From Balanoglossus misakiensis (taxonomy: Eukaryota; Animalia; Hemichordata), in contig CM082577.2 in assembly GCA_040954595.2 (NCBI GenBank), forward strand, positions 12,309,654 through 12,373,653: a stretch of 64,000 bases of DNA, read 5' to 3'. The position numbers and the translations under genes were made by a program. Under the pieces are notes generated by a model. It ran no database searches. It was not told the DNA's origin and saw only the letters and a program-made list of their open reading frames with translations. Positions 52,401 through 61,400 of this stretch are shown in pieces (position 1 is the stretch's first letter; every line of letters starts with the position of its first letter).

Positions 52401-55400
52401 TGTTTCAAAGAAGTTCAGAGTACACAGCCTGCACAAAGTAAGTATCTTTCCTTTTCCACACACAATCCCAAAACAAAAGGTGCAGTCTCAGACACAGGAT
52501 AGAATGAAAGGGCAGTAACCTGATGAAATATATTTTTGAATTGAAAATTTCACTTCAGATGATTTTAACAAGCAACACCTCATCCTGTTCCAGCAAAATG
52601 AAAGTGAACTTGAAGTTGAAAAATGATGATGGTGTGACTTTTCTGTAGCTCTTTCTTGGAACAAATATTTTATAAAAAAAAAACTGTGAATGTTTACATT
52701 GTGACAGTGAAGCATTTTAACAACCTGTAAATATAGGTATAAGACTGGAATAATTTTAGTCATTAGATTTTTGTGCTTTTTTCTACCAGTTCCAACATCT
52801 CAATCACAAGTGCAGAATGGAAAGACTCCTTCAACTCATGAAGCTTTAGCAACGTTTGAAGATGGCCAGCATGCCCAGTCACCCTCAGCCAAGCCAGAAA
52901 ACCTGGGTAAGTACACTTTATTTGGTAAGTGGCAGGCTCCGGAAGATTTAAAAAGTCATGATTACCGAACCAATGATCATGAAATAAAGAAATAAAAAAA
53001 CTAGCTTTTCTCCCCTGCAGTATGTAATTTGTAAATCTTCATATTTTAATTACCGGTAATCATGTTAAGAGATTTTTGCTGCAACTGTTAATTTTCTGTT
53101 TTCTAGTTATATCCGTAAGTCCCAAATCACCAGCCCATAATGTAAGGAGTCCTTTAACTGATGAAGGTGTAGGAAGTTTAGAAAATGCCTGTTCTTCCCA
53201 GTTACTCTCACACCAGCCACAAAACCTTGGTAAGTACATTTTGATTGCTTTCTTTGATTGGATCAGTTGTGTTAAAAATACATGTATACACTCATTTTCG
53301 CTGAACTGCTGTTATTTTAAAAATTTTAACTTTTCTCTTACAGGAAGTCCAGAATCTGCCGTTGTTTCAGATGAGAAACCAACAAGTGAAACTAGCAAAT
53401 CAAAGTTGATACAACGGAAAAGGCCATTGATGCCAAGTAAGTTGTGTTTCCTGACTTGTAAGTTGTACTCTTTCATGATTTCACAGAACCTTCCTTTTTC
53501 TCATCATCTATCAATCACTTTTCCTGAACACCAAAGGTTCTTGGACAGTCACCCAACAGACATTTAATCTAATCTTGTCCCAAATATCAAAACTGACTGG
53601 TGAAATGGTCATTAAACCACTAACAGTGGCAGTTGATGTCACCTACTCAAAACACACATGAGATATCTGAGCTTTGACATTAACAGTAATTGACACTGTC
53701 TGATTTCTCTATTTTCAGTAGAATGAAAACATATTACTCTTTTAGGAGAAAATATTTTGATTATTAATTAAAAGTAACCACTAAAATGTTTTACTGTTTA
53801 TTCAATCTGTAGCTCTTTATTGTGAAGTAAACCTAGAGTTTGAAGAAAAGAAGATGAAGATGGAGATGGAAAAAATGAGAGTGGAAACAGAACACAAGAA
53901 AATGGAGCTTGAAGCAGAACATAAAAGGATGGAGCTTGAAACGGAACAGAAAAGGATGGACCATGAAACAGAACAGAAAAGGATGGACCATGAAACGGAA
54001 CAGAAAAGGATGGACCATGAAACGGAACAGAAAAGGATGGACCATGAAACAGAACACAAAAGGATTGAGCTTGAAACAGAAAAGACGAAGATCGAAATGG
54101 AGAAAGAAAACAAAGCAATGGAGCTTGAAAGAGAGAAAATGGATACTGGAAGAGAGAAAATTGATACTGAAAGGGAGAAAATGAAGCAGAAACAGCTGTT
54201 GATAAATCAAATAACAGCACTTTATGAACTTCAGATAAAGAGAATCACAGCTAGAGATGACCCGGATATGATGGAACAGTTGGATGAAGCTTTTGAGAAA
54301 TACAAAGCAAGACTTGATGGAGTTGTGCAAAGCTCTTTGTGGTTCTTACTAAGTTTCCTTTCAGAGGAAGACATTGATTATTTCTGGCAGAAATACAATG
54401 CTGGAGAAATTGATGAAATGCTGAGTGGTATCCTAATAACATCCGAGATGAGATCCCTAGCAGAGAAAGCTGGATGCGTTGTCAGAATCCGAATGAAGAT
54501 AGATGAAAAGCAGTATCAGACTGTCAAACACATACTTCATGGTGAGTATTATAGTTTTCACAACTATTATTATTGAATAACTTGAAGCAGCAAATGAGGT
54601 TGAATTGAATTCCACAAAAGAATTGAACGGAGAAAATCTCTAACTTTTGGTTATTTTATTTCGATAGGTATATTGTTCTTCTCATTGTAACATACATGTT
54701 CAATAACCAGTTGTCATCACTCAATTCACAACCCTTACATGTACACATTAATATTTTCATCATTTAAAGGTCTCATGCCATGCCCTATACAACCACGCGT
54801 AAAATCACTATTTGGGTCTTGAAGTTAACGTATGTTACTATCTTGCAATGCGTTTTGCCCCTTGTGCTTAGATAACAAGCAAGTAAAAGTGGCGGGTGGG
54901 CGTGTACCCCTAACCCAACTCAGTCGATTTTTTTCGGCTTTTCGAAGTTAAGCCGAAGACTTATCTTGATGTGGACAAATAGTCTTTCACACCTTTGTAA
55001 ATCCTCTGCCTGCAATGTGAGGCAAGGGCTTCCTTTGCTTTGAACACTGTTTATATAGCTTGTCTTTGCCTGTGGACTTAATTACTCATGGACCGATAAT
55101 TACACTTTACTGTAAACAGAATGGTACACTACCACGTAGTGTACTTGTTTGTCCATATGCAAATACCTTCGCCTGGCTCGAGTGCGAAGTGGCTCCCCGA
55201 TCACAGGCATGAAAAAAGGGGGCAAATTCCGGCATTCGTGCACATTTTTCGGAACCGACACAATAGGCAATGCATAGACAGGTACCCTAGGTGAGCTTTT
55301 GACGTGGAAAAATGAAAACTTTAATCTTTGGTCAATACCAGAATTATATTGCCGACTTTCTCATGCCACATCCATGTACAGGGTGCAGATGGTTGTAACA

Positions 55401-58400
55401 ACTGGTCATTTATTAGTTCACACTTCGCAGACCATGAACTTATAAACAAATGTGCGACTGTTTGCAGTTTATCAATGATTTCAGCGTTCTTTGGGAAGTG
55501 ATCATTGTGCAACTGGCCATAAAATGTAGTCTTGGTTGCACAATAAAAATCTATTTGATCACCAAAATTCACTTTTTTGGAATTTTTCTCTGGGTTATTC
55601 AGAGCAGTTACTCTCACCCAGCCACATTACCCTGGTATTCAGTAGAGTTTATTTGATGTCAGCTGATCTTTTAAAAAAAAGTGCCATGGTTAGATTGTAC
55701 CCTTATTAACCACAGACCATCCTACATAAGTTTTGAATGCTCTCATGGCCAAATGTATGCAATTAAAATGTAAATTTATTTTTGGAAGAAATTGGTAAAG
55801 TTGGAAACACCTTCCGTTTACATTTCAGCAGGGTCTGCCAATAAAGACACAGCTGATGGTAACAAACAAAACCAGGTAAGTAACAATCTGATTTCTAAGA
55901 GTATAAAACGGACAAGCACAAAGAGGATCATTATGGAATTAAATCGCACTGTTTGCTGTAAAACCTTATTCATTCAGTTTTACCACTAACGGTATGATTT
56001 AATTCCCAAAATTTTGTATGGGGGTCACACACACACCATTAAGACCGTTCTGAAGCATCTCAGATGAAATACTGGCGTAAATTGTTACGTGTGTACAGTT
56101 GTAAGTGGTCCTGAAATGTCTTAGATTTGAGACGGCTTTGCCGGTCAGACCAGAGCCGGTGTAAGGATTAACTCCTCTCCACAACCCATTGTCTATGGGG
56201 CTGAGCCTCAGCACCTATACATATGTGGCGTTCTCACTGGCACGTTTACACCGGTGCTACAACGGTGTAGATTTGACACCGACGGAAAAAAACAAGTGAG
56301 AACGCTTTACGCCGGTGTTACGCCGGTGTTGATTTGCGACGGCGATGGGTGGCGGGTCAGGGCCAGCGCTCCGACGCAAATAGTCAGTGAGAACGCAAAG
56401 ATAAACAAACGCCGTTCAAAAGCGCCACCCTGCAGTGACTTTTGGGTATGTTTATTAGGTATAGCCCATTGTCTTTGGTCAGTTTCCATTGTCAAGTCAA
56501 TCACACTGGACGCGAGTGGTTTTCAAACCATTCGCAGTTTGCCAGGTCTGCAACACTTCTGTCTGCTACCAACTTTCGGAAGGTTCTCTCCATCACCGAA
56601 AAGATGAGGCATTTTCCATTTATGGATTAACATTCATTTACTTCTAAACATTATCAAAACTGTCACAAAGTCGTCTAGAACGCATATGCAGGTATAGAAA
56701 CTGAAACATGTTGCTGTAATGTCCTCGACGTCCTCAATTTTGTTAGTTGCCGTGATGCTAAACATGGCGATTTAGACGGTGTTTATTTCAAAACAGTGGC
56801 CAAAAGTTTAGTGTGTGGACGCACGGAGATTCTGTGGGCTAATCCCCTGTGTTTGCAGAGAGTAAACACTGGCATAACACTGGTGTCGAAACTTTTAGTG
56901 AGAACAAGACTATAAACTTTGTGTGTGTGGACACAACGCGACTCAAAGGATTAACGCTTTGTGTTTACCATACACAAATAGATAAGTGTCTCAATTTTTT
57001 TCGTGTGTGAACCTGGTATCTGAGTGCAAGTCTGTTTACTGTGTTATACCACAAATTTGCCGAGTTTTTGGCGTGTTTGGTCTCAGCTCAAGTCCGGGTG
57101 TGTGACGTCACTTCCGCTTTGGATGGGTTTTGAATACTCAAATAACAACTGTGACAAGTAGTCACTGAAGAAATTCTCCCGTGGAGTATCAGAGAGAGAA
57201 GAGACCTCTTGTAGTGGAGGTGCTGTGTTCAAATCAGCCTAGCTCTTTGCTGTTTTTTATCTAAATAAATAAAATGTTTCTTTGTAGAAGTTAAAGTCCC
57301 TCCGAACTTAGATCATGGCCAGGTGATGATGGACATATTAAACCGACTGTTTCTAAGGAAGAAAGAGTGGGTTTACTAGTGAACCTGACAGTCTCTGACA
57401 AAGAAACAAACAAAAGGACATCACTTACCATAATTGGTAATGATGAGACAATCGATTATGGAAAATAAGTAGCATGGTTTGAACAATGGGGCACAATGCA
57501 AATAGTGGTACCGGAGTTCGCCCAGGGCCGTTATACAGAAAATGGCTACATTGTATGGTGTACATGTAGAGCTAATTAACCGCCCAGGGCCGTTAATCGA
57601 CAGAAAAGTTTATCTACCATTTAGCTAAATGCAGAAGTATATTTTAGTTGACACTCATTGCAATCATTTAAATGATGATAAACAAAGGGTACAGTGTTGT
57701 GAAACACTTATTTCCCAATATACAATGTATTTCAATGATTTTTTTTTTTTTTTTAATATTTACAATTACACATTCATACAAATTGGCATTGGAACAAACT
57801 GATATTGCAAAACGGTTTCATAAATTTTCTTGAAACATTCGAACTAACATATTCAAAAACCCTCAAAATCGCTCTTATCACAGTCCGACAAAAAAACCCT
57901 CGCATGACTGCCCAAATTTCGCCGGCGCTATCAGTACTGCAAACACTGCCGATGTCGTCATTGAGGTGGTCTGCCTGGCTAAGGACACTCGAGGTATGTA
58001 TTGTCTCAAAACTGACAAAGTATGAGTGGAAGTACGAACTCTGTGCACAACTAAATGTCCGGTTTCCGAAAATATCCTACGTTAATGCTTCAAAGAAAGT
58101 GATCGCCCAGACGCATCGAAAAGTACATGTCTACTCGAGGCTAGCCGGAAGTGCCTTGCCCGTATGCGTGACCCTCACCACCTTCGTCAAAGTCCATGGT
58201 CAAAGGCTACTAATCACCTGACTAGGACTTTTCTCGCTCGATCATCGCGATCGCGTCGACTGACAATCGAGATGCGATGTTCATTTTTAACTGAAAATTA
58301 GGCCTCAAAAAACAAATTGTTCATAAATTCCCGATCATTTGATCATCGGCCGACATTAGAGAGATTTTCATTACCGAAAGTCGGGCTTCAAAAATAAACA

Positions 58401-61400
58401 AGTTCGTAAATTCCCAATCATACATTGATTTATTTTCGTAAATGTCCATTTTTCTTCGTAATTTATGAGTGTTAAGAGCGACAGTGAGAGCAATAAGTAC
58501 AAGTCATCGATGTCATCGAATCCATGTTGGCAAGAAGCACCTCGACATCAAATTTCATGATGGTCAACCTGGAACAATTTTGGCTCATATTATTTTCAGT
58601 AGGGGTTGGTGAAAGTACATGAGCAGCAATTTTGCAGGGAAAAATCAGACCACTATTGTTTTTTTCTTATCGGATGAAAAATGAAAAGGGGTAATGAATC
58701 TTAAAAAGGAACAAGAGACGCACAAAGGCATTTTGTATGTGTTAGTCAACATAGATCCAATGTCGTCACTGAATGGAATGTTCTGCTTCAACGCGTTCCA
58801 GAGTGCCACTGTCAATCATATGAACCCGCGGCCTTGGGTAATAAACTGCTACAGTTGACAGTGCGTTCTTCTGGACCATTCCACTTACATATTAAGTATG
58901 GTTGATAAGGAGGTATGATCATAAGCACTGCACCAAAAATTTGAGATGCCTTAATTACTATTTTAACCTTTTTAAGCTTATTACTATTTCCTTGACGCTT
59001 TCCTTGACTTTTTTCAGCGGATTGGTCAAAGTGAAATGCCACCGACCAAGTCCAAAGTGAAACAGTAATTCTAAATAACGGCCCACCACAAATAACTGAC
59101 TGTGGTTTCGGGTGGGCGAACTCTCACTAAACTCCAGTATAACTACAGGTTAATGCTAATTAACACAGAAGGATTTTTAGGTCCCATTGGTTTTTACCAT
59201 GGGACCTTATGGGATCGGTTGCGTCTGTATGTATGTATGTATGGATGTATGTATGTCTGTATGTCCGTCCACATCAAAAACTTGAAAACCGCTGCGCGTA
59301 TAACCTCGATATTTGGTGTGCAGATGCAGGCAGGGCTGTAGATGGGAGTTTGTCCAAATGAAGTTGTCATTGCCAAAAATATGCAAATTAGCTGGAAAAA
59401 TGTGAATTTTGGTCAAAACTCAGTAACTCAAGAACTACTGGTCAGATTGCTTTGCAAAGTGGTGTGTATTTACTTTATTAAGTTGTTTTAATTAGGCAGG
59501 AACTCCCTCCTGTGTTTCATATAAACATAGCAAATTCCTGAATGATTACATAACTGGCTAAGTTTTATAGAGGCCAGCTGTTCTATTTAGTGTATGTACA
59601 GTACATATGCCATTGGCAGCTTATGGGTCAGTCAGTGTTTGCCCATTGATCTCTCTCTATGTGTGTGTGTGTGTCTGTATGTGGCCATGTACTCCGGTGT
59701 AGACTTTTTCTTGTGTAATCCCTCAATGGGACCGCCGTGTCCTTGACGCAATTTTTTATTTGTTTGTTTGTTTGCTTAGAGAAACCTACCTCAAATCACA
59801 TTTCTATTTTGTGACTTCATTACTTAATATACTACATTTCAATTGTTGTGACATTGTTCTCATGCTCCTCCTTCATTACTTACAGGATGGAGAGACACCT
59901 TTGCACCTTGCAGCAGAGTATGGTGATGAAGGCCGTGTCAGATTGTTATTGGAACACAAAGCTGATGCTAACATACAAAACAAGGTAAATACCAACCTGA
60001 CTTCTACAGGTTAATTCTAATCAACATACAAACATTTGTTGGTGTGTTTTTGTTTATTTAAGGAAACCTCGCATTACATTTCATTTTTGTGACATTGTTC
60101 TCATGCTCCTCCTTCATTACTTACAGGATGGAGACACACCCTTCCATATTGCAGCAAGGTCTGGCAATAAAGGCTGTGTCAGATTGTTATTGGAACACAA
60201 AGCTGATGCTAACATACAAAACAAGGTAAATACCAACCTGACTTCTACAGGTTAATTCTAATCAACATACAAACATTTGTTGGTGTGTTTTTGTTTATTT
60301 AAGGAAACCTCGCATTACATTTCATTTTTGTGACATTGTTCTCATGCTCCTCCTTCATTACTTACAGGATGGAGACACACCCTTCCATATTGCAGCAAGG
60401 TCTGGCAATAAAGGCTGTGTCAGATTGTTATTGGAACACAAAGCTGATACTAACATACAAAACAAGGTAAATACCAACCTGACTTCTACAAGTTAATGAT
60501 ATAAATGTGGAAAGATTTATGTATTTACATGTATTTGTTTGTTTAAAAAAACCTCGCAGTTCAATTGTCATTTTGTGACATTGTTCTCATGCTCCTCCTT
60601 CATTGCGTACAGGATGGAGTTAATGCTTCAAAGAAAGTGATCGCCCAGACGCATCGAAAAGTACATGTCTACTCGAGGCTAGCCGGAAGTGCCTTGCCCG
60701 TATGCGTGACCCTCACCACCTTCGTCAAAGTCCATGGTCAAAGGCTACTAATCACCTGACTAGGACTTTTCTCGCTCGATCATCGCGATCGCGTCGACTG
60801 ACAATCGAGATGCGATGTTCATTTTTAACTGAAAATTAGGCCTCAAAAAACAAATTGTTCATAAATTCCCGATCATTTGATCATCGGCCGACATTAGAGA
60901 GATTTTCATTACCGAAAGTCGGGCTTCAAAAATAAACAAGTTCGTAAATTCCCAATCATACATTGATTTATTTTCGTAAATGTCCATTTTTCTTCGTAAT
61001 TTATGAGTGTTAAGAGCGACAGTGAGAGCAATAAGTACAAGTCATCGATGTCATCGAATCCATGTTGGCAAGAAGCACCTCGACATCAAATTTCATGATG
61101 GTCAACCTGGAACAATTTTGGCTCATATTATTTTCAGTAGGGGTTGGTGAAAGTACATGAGCAGCAATTTTGCAGGGAAAAATCAGACCACTATTGTTTT
61201 TTTCTTATCGGATGAAAAATGAAAAGGGGGTAATGAATCTTAAAAAGGAACAAGAGACGCACAAAGGCATTTTGTATGTGTTAGTCAACATAGATCCAAT
61301 GTCGTCACTGAATGGAATGTTCTGCTTCAATGCGTTCCAGAGTGCCACTGTCAATCATATGAACCCGCGGCCTTGGGTAATAAACTGCTACAGTTGACAG

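Noticed and set aside
53798-54330. Three long antisense ORFs
   Set aside because: Shadows of the purine-rich 27-bp coding repeat.
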